Source of the DNA: Macrostomum hystrix
Taxonomy: Eukaryota > Animalia > Platyhelminthes
Reading direction: 5' to 3'
Length of the DNA: 64,000 nucleotides
Assembly: GCA_950097015.1 (NCBI GenBank)
Contig: CATNEN010000014.1
Coordinates: 1,736,001-1,800,000 of the forward strand
Shown here: piece after piece, positions 12,670-29,820 of the stretch
How the letters are laid out: the number at the start of each line of letters is the position of its first letter
Position numbering within the stretch: the first letter of the stretch is position 1
Made by a program: the position numbers and the translations under genes
The notes under the pieces: generated by a model
Seen by the model: the letters and a program-made list of their open reading frames with translations, nothing else
Told to the model about the DNA's origin: nothing
Databases searched by the model: none

Positions 12670-13682
12670 GGTTGATGGCTGCTCTATGCATATAAATTGA
12701 TATGCCTAGAACGCCTTATGTAAGTGCTGAAAGAAGTCGCAGCCGTGACTCAGTCTTCGATGATTCTGAGCAGCCAAACCCGGTGCAGATATGGACGAAA
12801 AATGTCCCTCGGAAAAGCTTGCATATTATTTATTCTTCGGTGTGAGCATATCTGAGTGCTCTCGTGAATACGCACAGAATGGAACGCACTGAGGAATAAA
12901 AAGTGATTTGTAAAAATGATTTTTTTTAATAAAAAATATTTAGTAGTTTTTCAGATTTGGGCTGAATTGAAAAGTGCAGATTTCCTGTACAGTCCACCGA
13001 TCCGTTTAAGGAAAAAACATTATCTAAGCTGGATAAATAATGGGGAAAATCCCTGCTATACTACTCGCTAGAACACCAATCGCATTAGTTAGTAGCGCAT
13101 TATCAGCGATGAGCAAATTGAAAAATATATTTACTCGTTGTTAAAATAAATTCACACAAATAGTCGCTGGTAATATTCGAATATTACCCGTAGCCAGCAA
13201 TATGAGCCAGTTTTATACTTGATGCAAGCAATTTTGGATTACCAAATCATCTGCCCATATATTGATTCATTAATCTAGCTAGCTCATTGGGTTGACCCGC
13301 GTTAACAGAGGCATTTTGCTTGATTTTGAGGAAAAAGTTGAAAGTGTTTCTATATGCAATACTTCAGGCCTTCAGCACAGCCAGATCAGCCTAGCTGCAA
13401 TAGGGCAGGGCTGACTGACTGTGCCGAGGACATTGTAGACAACCAACAAAAAAAATTGAGCAATGGTACACAGCTAACGCACTTTGGGAATAAAAATGTA
13501 CAGCAAAATATTCCGAGCTCCTCATCTCTAATAAACAGGCTTTGCAGTTTAGTGATAGATCGCAGTTTACTAACTGAGCCTTGGTGATCATTTCATGCGA
13601 ATATGTACACCATGTACAGACTATGTACAGTTAAAATGATTTTCTACAAGCCCTAGATGCTTGAGAACTGCTCACGTCTGGC

Positions 13683-18573
<4,891 letters not shown>

Positions 18574-19620
18574 GGCTGTCTTTGCTGTGACTCGGAAAAC
18601 TGGCAAAATAAAACTGCCGGCGCGACAGGCGAAGTTCCTCGAGAGACCGTCTGTCCTGGTCCTGCCGTGTCCCGTGCTGCCCCTCGGAGGCTCTCCTATT
18701 TAGCTCTCCCTGCTTTACACTGCTAGGGAGTGGGGTGGCTGCCACTCTCTCACTCGCTAGATTTCTCCGAGCTTCGCGGTGGGCCCTGGCGAGTTGCGCA
18801 ATGGCCCATTCAGACCCCCGCCGGGCGCACACGGGGAACAGCGAATGGGAGGCAGGGGAGAGAGAAGGCTTGGGAAAGGATTTTTGTCAGTGTGGGATGG
18901 GAGCATCAGAATTGGAGAATCTTAGCGACCTCAACTGCCAGCGTGGGCAGAGGGGAATCCTATCCCATTTGTAGAGGGGAGAATCGAGGACGCGGCTTTC
19001 CGATTCGTTTTCCCGGCTGACCTGGCGGTGACCCGCTGAGGCTGTGGAGGTTGAGTCACGCTAGGGAGAAATTCCGGGACTCGGAGGGATGAAATGTGAG
19101 GGGAGATGTTGCGTCATATTTTCGCTTATCACCAGCTCCCTCGGAGGGGGAACAATAGGCTATTGTTATAAGCTCTGGGGACAGCACCGGGGCTTGTAGA
19201 GCCTGGCGGGTCGGGGCCAGGCTTATGAAGGAACTCGCGTTCTCAACGACCTTTAAATGACCCGATGCTTCGGGGCCGAGGACGCGCACACCGCCGAAGG
19301 GTCTGTGGAGGGAGGGGGTGGTGGGCGGGGCAAACAAAGGAATCCTCGCTTGTCCCCCGCCTGACCCCGGAGAGAATGTCAAAGTCAAAGGCAACCAAAA
19401 GTCAACTTCACCGCCAAGCCAGACCGAGCTGAGCCGATAAAACTTGACAGCTGCTCACAGCTGGGTGAGTAATGTCAAATCAAATCAAATCTTGCTTTTC
19501 TTATTGCTTTTTAAGATTTTGGATTCCGCCTGAGGTTGGTCGGTTAAAATTCTAATTTACTCTGAAGGGAAAATTGTTTACATCATGTGTCGGCTTTTCA
19601 CAAGTTGTTAATTAAATATC

Positions 19621-20445
19621 CTTCCATTCCCAACTTCACAGTTCCATTCCCAACTTCACAGTTCCATTCCCAACTTCACAGTGCCATTCCCAACTTTACA
19701 GTGCCATTCCCAACTTCACAGTTCCATTCCCAACTTCACAGTTCCATTCCCAACTTCACAGTTCCATTCCCAACTTCACAGTTCCATTCCCAACTTCACA
19801 GTTCCATTCCCAACTTCACAGTTCCATTCCCAAATTCATAGTTCCATTCCCAACTTCACAGTTCCATTCCCAACTTCACAGTTCCATTCCCAACTTCATA
19901 GTTCCATTCCCAACTTCACAGTTCCATTCCCAACTTCACAGTTCCATTCCCAACTTCACAGTTCCATTCCCAACTTCACAGTTCCATTCCCAACTTCACA
20001 GTTCCATTCCCAACTTCATAGTGCCATTCCCAACTTCACAGTTCCATTCCCAACTTCATAGTTCCATTCCCAACTTCATAGTGCCATTCCCAACTTCACA
20101 GTTCCATTCCCAACTTCACAGTGCCATTCCCAACTTCATAGTGCCATTCCCAACTTCATAGTGCCATTACCAACTTCACAGTTCCATTCCCAACTTCACA
20201 GTTCCATTCCCAACTTCACAGTTCCATTCCCAACTTCACAGTTCCATTCCCAACTTCACAGTTCCATTCCCAACTTCACAGTTCCATTCCCAACTTCACA
20301 GTTCCATTCCCAACTTCATAGTGCCATTCCCAACTTCACAGTTCCATTCCCAACTTCACAGTTCCATTCCCAACTTCACAGTTCCATTCCCAACTTCACA
20401 GTGCCATTCCCAACTTCACAGTGCCATTCCCAACTTCACAGTTCC
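19621..20445. repeat. 20-bp minisatellite
   Basis: Unit GTTCCATTCCCAACTTCACA. Confidence 0.95.
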
Positions 20446-20597
20446 GCTCCCAGTAAGTCTGTGAGGCGGGTTGCAGCTGTGACTCGCAATTAGAATTAGA
20501 ACGAGTGCCCAACGAGACATCAATCGTTTCAAATGTCATCACTTCCAAGTTTCAATAAACACACTCAACTATCTAACTTTCTCTTGAACGGCGCATA

Positions 20598-20626
20598 GTC
20601 ACGTGATGCGTGGTTGGTCACGTGAC
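20598..20626. promoter_or_regulatory. Paired palindromic E-boxes (CLEAR-like)
   Basis: GTCACGTGAT (20598) and GTCACGTGAC (20617). A further pair lies at 21080 and 21095. Function is not shown. Confidence 0.35.
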
Positions 20627-21229
20627 GCCAATTCCAGCGCTCTACCGTCATCCGACACTGGATCGCGCTCTATTGCGCAACTCTCGCCTTCCGTGCTTCA
20701 GGTCCTCCACTTCCGGCGGGTCTGCCGGCCTGTCTGGTCACGTCTGAAATTTGACACCATCGCATGCAGCTCCGGCCTCACTAAGCTGCACTGTCCACAG
20801 GCCATTTCATTCACACGAGAAATTCCACTGCAGGAAACTTTCGCTTAATCACTCCTGACAACTGGAGGGCGCACGTTCACTGCGCGTGATCGTGGCGCAG
20901 CCCAGGATAGCCTTGCTTAATTGCTACCTGCCCTGCACTTACAACAGTGTGCGGCACCTAGCTCTCAAAGCCAAGCTCGCCTTATCATGTTTAAGGTCAT
21001 TGCTAATGTCAAAGCCGACGTGTCTGGTCACAATATAATCTCAATTGGCGCATGGAAAGAGCGCTCGCACCAGCGACGAATCACGTGATACGCCATCACG
21101 TGCTGCACCTGTTAATTGGGGTGTCATTAAATGCGCCATCGCTAATTGCTGCCTAATACTAAAAATTTCCTCAATATCCCCCAATCATCGACACTGCCGT
21201 TTTCTATTCACAATCACCAATACTTCCGT

Positions 21230-23970
21230 AATCTACCCACAATCACCGACACTGCCGTTATCTACCCACAATCACCGACACTGCCGTTATCTACCCACAA
21301 TCACCGACACTGCCGTTATCTACCCACAATTACCGACACTGCCTTATCTACCAACAATCACCGACACTGCCTTATCTACCAACAATCACCAACACTGCCG
21401 ATATCTACCCACAATCACCGACACTGCCGTTATCTACCCACAATTACCGACACTGCCGTTATCTACCCACAATCACCGACACTGCCGTTATCTACCCACA
21501 ATCACCGACACTGCCGTTATCTACCCACAATCACCGACACTGCCGTTACCTACCCACAATCACCGACACTGCCTTATCTACCAACAATCACCGACACTGC
21601 CTTATCTACCAACAATCACCAACACTGCCGTTATCTACCCACAATTACCGACACTGCCTTATCTACCAACAATCACCGACACTGCCGTTATCTGCCCACA
21701 ATTACCGACACTGCCTTATCTACCAACAATCACCAACACTGCCGATATCTACCCACAATTACCGACACTGCCGTTATCTACCCACAATCACCGACACTGC
21801 CGTTACCTACCCACAATCACCGACACTGCCGTTATCTACCCACAATCACCGACACTGCCGTTATCTACCCACAATCACCGACACTGCCGTTACCTACCCA
21901 CAATCACCGACACTGCCGTTATCTACCCACAATCACCGACACTGCCTTATCTACCAACAATCACCGACACTGCCTTATCTACCAACAATCACCAACACTG
22001 CCGTTATCTACCCACAATTACCGACACTGCCTTATCTACCAACAATCACCGACACTGCCGATATCTACCCACAATCACCGACACTGCCGATATCTACCCA
22101 CAATCACCGACACTGCCGATATCTACCCACAATCACCGACACTGCCGATATCTACCAACAATCACCAACACTGCCGATATCTACCCACAATCACCAACGC
22201 TGCCGATATCTACCCACAATCACCGACACTGCCGATATCTACCCACAATCACCGACACTGCCGATATCTACCAACAATCACCAACACTGCCGTTATCTAC
22301 CAACAATCACCGACACTGCCGATATCTACCCACAATCACCAACGCTGCCGATATCTACCCACAATCACCGACACTGCCGATATCTACCCACAATCACCGA
22401 CACTGCCGATATCTACCAACAATCACCAACACTGCCGTTATCTACCAACAATCACCGACACTGCCGTTATCTACCCACAATCACCGACACTGCCGATATC
22501 TACCAACAATCACCAACACTGCAGTTATCTACCCACAATCACAGACACTGCCGTTATCTACCCACAATCACAGACACTGCCGTTATCTACCCACAATCAC
22601 AGACACTGCCGTTATCTACCCACAATCACCGACACTGCCGTTATCTACCCACAATCACCGACACTGCCGTTATCTACCCACAATCACAGACACTGCCGTT
22701 ATCTACCCACAATCACCGACACTGCCGTTATCTACCCACAATCACCGACACTGCAGTTATCTACCCACAATCACCGACACTGCAGTTATCTACCCAAAAT
22801 CACAGACACTGCAGTTATCTACCCACAATCACCAACACTGCCGTTATCTACCCACAATCACCGACACTGCCGTTATCTACCCACAATCACCAACGCTGCC
22901 GATATCTACCCACAATCACCGACACTGCCGATATCTACCCACAATCACCGACACTGCCGTTATCTACCCACAATCACCGACACTGCAGTTATCTACCCAC
23001 AATCAGCGACACTGCCGTTATCTACCCACAATCACCGACACTGCCGTTATCTACCCACAATCACCGACACTGCCGTTATCTACCCACAATCACCAACACT
23101 GCCGATATCTACCCACAATCACCAACACTGCCGTTATCTACCCACAATCACCAACACTGCCGTTATCTACCCACAATCACAGACACTGCCGTTATCTACC
23201 CACAATCACAGACACTGCCGTTATCTACCCACAATCACAGACACTGCCGTTACCTACCCACAATCACAGACACTGCCGTTATCTACCCACAATCACCGAC
23301 ACTGCCGTTATCTACCCACAATCACCAACACTGCCGATATCTACCCACAATCACCAACACTGCCGTTATCTACCCACAATCACAGACACTGCAGTTATCT
23401 ACCCACAATCACAGACACTGCAGTTATCTACCCACAATCACAGACACTGCAGTTATCTACCCACAATCACAGACACTGCAGTTATCTACCCACAATCACA
23501 GACACTGCAGTTATCTACCCACAATCACCGACACTGCCGTTATCTACCCACAATCACAGACACTGCCGTTATCTACCCACAATCACCGACACTGCCGATA
23601 TCTACCCACAATCACCGACACTGCCGTTATCTACCCACAATCACCGACACTGCCGATATCTACCCAAAATCACCGACACTGCCGTTATCTACCCACAATC
23701 ACCGACACTGCCGTTATCTACCCACAATCACCGACACTGCCGTTACCTACCCACAATCACCGACACTGCCGATATCTACCCACAATCACCGACACTGCCG
23801 TTATTTACCCACAATCACCGACACTGCCGATATCTACCCAAAATCACCGACACTGCCGTTATCTACCCACAATCACCGACACTGCCGTTATCTACCCAAA
23901 ATCACCAACACTGCCGTTATCTACCCACAATCACAGACACTGCCGCTATCTACCCACAATCACCAACATA
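21230..23970. repeat. 29-bp (with 27-bp variants) minisatellite, about 2.7 kb
   Basis: Unit TATCTACCCACAATCACCGACACTGCCGT. Confidence 0.95.
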
Positions 23971-24117
23971 ACCCACATTTAATCATAACCCTCTGCTCAC
24001 CCAATCCATGTCAGGGCAATGGCCACATTTCCAAATCCACATCACAAATTTTAGGAAGCGAAGAAAAAATGCTCTATTTCGCGTATTTCTCGCATAGAGA
24101 TTATGCTTAGCTAGTCT

Positions 24118-25735
24118 TTATTTCATGTCTTGACGCAACATTTTCCAATCGAATAAAGAAAAAAACAAAAGATGGGATAGAATCTCAATCACAAAGGCCT
24201 TGCGCAATGCCTATCCAACTCATTGCAGCTACTCATATTTGTTCACAAGTTGAATATTATTTAATGGCAAGTGCCATTCGCGCCTACGATCAAATAATGT
24301 TGCTGTGCAAAGTTTATATAAATAATTATTCCCTTCTGTTCCTTGATGACCGATGCTGCATTTCACTGGTCGCGTCAGGAGCTCTCCTCACATTTATAAT
24401 GACTTCACAGTGCTCAACTGCTCACTGTGCTCACCCACTCACTCTGCTCACCTACTCACTGTGCTCAACTGCTCACTCTGCTCACCTACTCACCGTGCTC
24501 ACCCACTCACTCTGCTCACCCACTCACTGTGCTCACCCACTCACTCTGCTCACCCACTCACTGTGCTCACCCACTCACTGTGCTCACCCACTCACTGTGC
24601 TCACCCACTCACTCTGCTCACCTACTCACTGTGCTCAACTGCTCACTCTGCTCACCCACTCACCGTGCTCACCCACTCACTCTGCTCACCAACTCACTGT
24701 GTTCACCCACTCACTCTGCTCACCCACTCACTGTGCTCACCCACTCACTGTGCTCACCCACTCACTGTGCTCACCCACTCACTGTGCTCACCCACTCACT
24801 CTGCTCACCCACTCACTGTGCTCACCCACTCACTGTGCTCACCCACTCACTCTGCTCACCTACTCACTGTGCTCACCCACTCACTGTGCTCACCCACTCA
24901 CTCTGCTCACCTACTCACTGTGCTCACCCACTCACTCTGCTCACCCACTCACTGTGCTCACCCACTCACTGTGCTCATTCACTCACTGCGCTCACCTACT
25001 CACTGTGTTCATCCACTCACTGTGCTCACCCACTCACTGCGCTCACCTACTCACTGTGTTCATCCACTCACTGTGCTCACCCACTCACTCTGCTCACCTA
25101 CTCACTCTGCTCACCCTCTCACTCAGCTCACCCACACACTCCGCTCACCCACACACTCCGCTCACCCACACACTCCGCTCACAAACACACACTCTTCTCA
25201 CCCACACACTCCGCTCACCCACACACTCTGAGCTGAGCTCTACTCGAAGAGTGGCAGATCTTCAATCTTAATAAATTGTCTGGACCTGAAGGTTGAAAGA
25301 TACGATTGCTCAGAGATTTGCTGCTACCGCAGGATCAACTGTTGGAGGGAAGGGATTAAGGATAGCTCGTCGAAAGTTAGGGTTCGAAAGGTGGACGAGG
25401 ACAAGCTGACCGCCAAGCCCAAAAAACTCCCGATATCCGCACTGCGCTACTGAAAGTAGAAAAAAGAACATTTTCTGGTGAAATTAAAAAACAACTCACA
25501 GGTTGCACGGAGCAGGCTATCAGGTAGAGCAGTATGAGCAGGCCAATCAGACCGCACAGGGTTCCGGTGGCGATGACCCAGCTGTCCGAGCGTGAGTCCG
25601 GAGACAGGCTGGAGGCCGGGGCCACGTACTGGGACACGGTCACCGTCACCGTCAGGGTGCCGTTCGAGGCTGTCCTGATGGCCGACACGACCAGGCTGTT
25701 TCGGATGTCAATTTATACCATTTAGCTTTAGCTGA
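24118..25735 (-). pseudogene. Partial duplicate of the 3' end of the mucin-like gene (TM exon, tail exon, downstream region)
   Basis: Near-identical to 29984-30815. TM exon 25500-~25710 is conserved but has an in-frame TAA just upstream and a 1-nt phase shift at its donor. The tail exon reads SRQFIKIEDLPLFE*. No 5' exons are present. Confidence 0.7.
24405..25230. repeat. 17-bp minisatellite
   Basis: Unit CTCACTGTGCTCACCCA. A short homologue lies at 30230-30350. Confidence 0.95.
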
Positions 25736-26939
25736 CGGGCTAAAGTATTTGGCTGTAACAATGCTAGTTAGGTTGTTGCATTGACTGTCTGTTGGTGACA
25801 TTACCTGTTACTTTATCGTCTGGTGTTTGTTGCATTGGAAGTACTAGTATTGACTAGATAGCGCAGATACTTATTGTGCTTACAATATTCCACTTGTACT
25901 CCTGTCCATTTTTCATTTTCAAATAGACCTCTGCTCTAGTCGCCACATTGTGGCAGTGTGCTAAATAGCATTCAGACTGTCCCACCCTTCAGCTCTAGTC
26001 TTGTCTAGCCGTGAAAACGGCGAACATCAATAAGAAATGCACATGGTTGCTTCTAGAATCTAGATTATTGTGCTATTAATTTGAGCGAGAGTCAGAGCAT
26101 TGTTTAGGGGCCTGCTTGTGTAACTTCACATCACTGGGAGCTAATTCTACTGGAACATTAAAAATGTTTGGACTCTAGGACCTGAACTCGAATCCATTCA
26201 GTATCCTCATTCTGCAATGGCGTCTGCAAGCGGTGCATTGAAGGCGGCGGAGGCAGGTAAAGTCGATGAAGTACTCAGCATCCTGACTATTCTGGACGTC
26301 GCAGTTGACACTACTGACGAGCTTGGCAGGACGCCACTGATACTAGCAGCGCGTCGAGGACAGACGGCGGTAGCGAGAATCCTGGTGAAAGTTCCAGCAC
26401 AGCTGGACCTTCGCGACTATGAAGGATGGAGCGCTTTGTTCTGGGCCACACGTCACGGCCACACCGGCGTCCTGCAGCTGCTGGTCGAAGCTGGAGCTGA
26501 CACTGAGCTACCCACTCTGCTGCTGGTGTCTCCGATCTATGTGGCGTGCTTCGGCAATCACCCGGCTGCTGCGCGCTGCCTGCTGCAGTCCGGGCTGAAC
26601 TGTGATTTCCAGCGGGATGTGGGCTACGCTGCCCTGCACATGGCAGCACAGAGCTGCAGCTCATTCGGCCTCTTCTCGGACTCGCGAACCCGCATTTGCG
26701 GGACAACGAAGGTCGGACGCCGATCTTTGTGGCTGCGCTCTACGGAAAAGCGGAGGCCGTCGAAACTCTCGTAGCTTCGGGCGCAGATCCGAACATCCCG
26801 GATACCTGCGGTGCTCACCCGCTGCACGTGGCAGCCGTCATGGGACACGAGAGCGTCGTGAGCTGCCTGCTCTGCCACTGTCTCAGCTCCGACGACTTCA
26901 GCATCACCGACTCTGCCGGTCTGAGTGCAGCAGCTGCTG

Positions 26940-27305
26940 CCTGCTGCTTTGGTCAGACCAGAACGCTGCTTCAGCTGCTGCGGCACTGCTCCAGCTGCTT
27001 TGGTCAGACCAGAACGCTGCTTCAGCTGCTGCGGCACTGCTGCCTGCTGCTTTGGTCAGACCAGAACGCTGCTTCAGCTGCTGCGGCACTGCTGCCTGCT
27101 GCTTTGGTCAGACCAGAACGCTGCTTCAGCTGCTGCGGCACTGCTCCTGCTGCTTTGGTCAGACCAGAACGCTGCTTCAGCTGCTGCGGCACTGCTCCTG
27201 CTGCTTTGGTCAGACCAGAACGCTGCTTCAGCTGCTGCGGCACTGCTCCTGCTGCTTTGGTCAGACCAGAACGCTGCTTCAGCTGCTGCGGCACTGCTGC
27301 CTGCT
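26940..27305. repeat. Exonic 51/52-bp tandem repeat, 7 copies, in the ANK region
   Basis: TTTGGTCAGACC recurs at 26948, 26999, 27051, 27103, 27154, 27205 and 27256. Confidence 0.95.
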
Positions 27306-28345
27306 GCGGCGAGCTTCTGCAGCTTCCACTCGAAGTCAGCGACTTGCTGAAGACCGCTCAAATGATTCTGTCAGACGTGGATGGCAACGGCACAAGTTCG
27401 TTTAAGTGAGTTCAAGGAAACCTGGTTTGTTATTAATTTGAGCAAGGCCGATCAATTTGATTGTCTCAACAGGCTTTCGGCAAGTCAAGTGAGCTTGGAG
27501 CTGCATGAGGCCCTGAATGCAGCCGGCTTCACTAGGCAGAGAGCCAGGGTGCAGAGCGCACTCGGTCAGGTGCTGCAGGACATCCTGCGCAAGCGTCACC
27601 AAAACTCGACTCGTGATCACATTGTTGGCAGCTACGCCGAGGGCTGGGGCAACAGCCTGTGTCTCAATGGCAACACTGACCTGGATTCCGACATTGATGT
27701 ATCCATTATTCAAGACGAAAGGCTGTTCCACATTCGAGGCTTGTGCCAGTGTTCGAATGTTACTGACAATGCACAGCTTGTGAGCTACAACAATGGTCAC
27801 GTGATGTCAGAAGGATTAGGTGATTACATTGGTAGTTCTTAGAGAGAAAATTGCCTCCAAATTGACACAACAACTAGTCCCTGCCCATTGCAGCCTCGAA
27901 TCCAGCATTGTCATTCTTCGGGTCTGCCGTGAGGTCGGCAATCGACTGGGTGAGCGCCTACCCATGTTGCTGCTACCCAGCAATGAAGATTTTCGAGCCA
28001 TCTTTCTCCACAAAAATCGATGCTTCGGTGATGGATTCCCTGAGACGAACGATGTCCACCTTGCCGTGCCACCTGGTGACTGCGGCGCCTCCTGGCATGG
28101 GGGGTCAGCAGCTGAGAATCAGCTCACACTTTCTGGAGCGATGTCTGATGCAGAACCTCCCCGATGTTCATGGCCAGGAGTTCGTGTTGCTCAAGCACCT
28201 CATCAAGAAGGTGATTTTAGTCAAGGTGGACAGAATGAAGACGTACCACGCCAAGTCCAACTTGTTCTACCTGCTCGGCGAGCTGCGATCAAACTCGGAC
28301 AGAGATCAGTCCATGTGGCACTTCTTCCCCACATGCACTGAGGCT

Positions 28346-28851
28346 ACTTGAGGTCAGGCCACAGTGACAAGGCTCTGATTATCCAAGCTGTACTTGAGGT
28401 CAGGCGACAGTGACAAGGCTCTGATTATCCAAGCTGTACTTGAAGTCAGGCCACAGTGACAAGGCTCTGATTATCCAAGCTGTACTTGAGGTCAGGCCAC
28501 AGTGACAAGGCTCTGATTATCCAAGCTGTACTTGAAGTCAGGCCACTGTGACAAGGCTCTGATTATCCAAGCTGTACTTGAAGTCAGGCCACAGTGACAA
28601 GGCTCTGATTATCCAAGCTGTACTTGAGGTCAGGCGACAGTGACAAGGCTCTGATTATCCAAGCTGTACTTGAAGTCAGGCCACAGTGACAAGGCTCTGA
28701 TTATCCAAGCTGTACTTGAAGTCAGGCCACAGTGACAAGGCTCTGATTATCCAAGCTGTACTTGAAGTCAGGCCACAGTGACAAGGCTCTGATTATCCAA
28801 GCTGTACTTGAGGTCAGGCCACAGTGACAAGGCTCTGATTATCCAAGCTGT
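28346..28851. repeat. 46-bp tandem repeat, exactly 11 copies, inside cGLR exon 3
   Basis: Unit ACTTGAGGTCAGGCCACAGTGACAAGGCTCTGATTATCCAAGCTGT. Confidence 0.95.
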
Positions 28852-29592
28852 CGATGAGACAATTAAAATTCTGCCACAGCTAGCAGTTGTGTTTAGGAAA
28901 CACCTGAGACCCGAAGCTGTGGACCCGAAATCCACCTGAACTTTCACCCGTTCTGCATTCTACCCTACCTGGAACCCATCGAAATCTCTCAGTTTGGAAA
29001 CCTGGAGTATCATGAAGTTTATGATGTTGTTCGCTGTGTTGTGTTCCAACTGATGGACAAAGACAGCAGCTGTCAGCGTGACATCCTGGCAACTGTGAGC
29101 AGAATTCCACTCTGCTTTCACACCGTCAGATGCGCTCTTTCAGTGCTTGTGTACTTAAAGTTCAACCAGCAGGGGAGGGCCAGAAACACGCTGCTGGAAT
29201 TCGTGGAAAGCAAGACCGAACCGGTGATGTTTGCACCTGGCAGTGTTCCCCGATCAGAGGAGGAACTCCGCAGCACAGTTTGGGATCGCCTGTGCAACTC
29301 AGATTCTTCGTGGAAATTTTGCTTTCGAAAAGTGAACCGCTGCAAACTGCAGTTCCTGCCGGAGCCGATTGAGCAGTTCTTCCCGCTCCGCATCATGTAC
29401 CTGGACTGGTACTGTTTCAATTTCAACTGTTGCAGGCCGAGCTGGTCGCTCTAAGCGTGGGAAGTTCGCTAACTCAACTCGTCTCAGAGATCCGTGGCGC
29501 CAGTGCAGCTGACGATTGAGCCATTGGTTTGAGGCTGTATAGTCTCAGTACTCATTCATTGGGGGGATGCATTTGCAGCGTGTCTAGTTTCT

Positions 29593-29820
29593 GTGTGTAG
29601 CCCAGTGGCTAGAGCTCGAAATCCCGACTTGAAGGTCGCGGGTTCGATTCCCGACTCCACTAAAAGAATTTGTATCCTTTAGCAAGGTAACTAGCTCTAC
29701 TTTGCTTCAGTTAGCCCAGCTGTTAAATGGGTTCCAGAATTAGCTGGGGTAATTCAGGGTGGGTGTCCCCCCAGTCCATGGACTGAACAGCTGTACGCAG
29801 CTGCGGCTGTGCAATCAACA
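29593..29820 (+). mobile_element. tRNA-derived SINE, family A
   Basis: A box TAGCCCAGTGG (29598) and B box GGTTCGATTCC (29641). Core ...CCTTTAGCAAGG...CCCAGCTGTTAAATGGGT and tail CCAGTCCATGGACTG are shared with other copies in the window. Confidence 0.7.

Larger units (their letters stand above)
26217..29454 (+). pseudogene. Ankyrin-repeat + Mab-21/cGAS-like nucleotidyltransferase (cGLR-type) gene, disrupted. Exons 26217-27405, 27473-27819, 27894-~29454
   Basis: About 6-7 ankyrin repeats (GRTPLILAA, GWSALFWA, GRTPIFVAA, GAHPLHVAA). NTase motif IVGSYAEGW...DLDSDIDV, followed by IDWVSAYP, CHLV, LRISSHFLERCLM and FVLLKHLIKK...MKTYHAKSNLFY, all typical of Mab-21/cGAS folds. The 67-nt and 74-nt GT-AG introns are phase-compatible. 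Frameshifts are needed near 26645, 28345 and 28920, and a 46-bp x11 exonic array interrupts exon 3. Confidence 0.8.

Noticed and set aside
20980-21075. Tyrosine-recombinase-like fragment (GHNIISIGAWK)
   Set aside because: The resemblance is weak and the catalytic HxxR and Tyr context is missing.
21045-24110. 1021-aa and 941-aa ORFs, and similar long ORFs at 134-1429, 2130-2869, 3630-4358, 8069-9201, 24207-25271, 35065-35914, 40747-41310, 42250-44514 and 54656-55134
   Set aside because: They are translations of tandem repeats that lack stops in several frames. They have no domain motifs or host codon bias, and many lie in introns of real genes.
29593-29665. tRNA gene
   Set aside because: A and B boxes are present but I could not fold a full cloverleaf, and the head runs into a core and tail shared with other dispersed copies, so it is a SINE.
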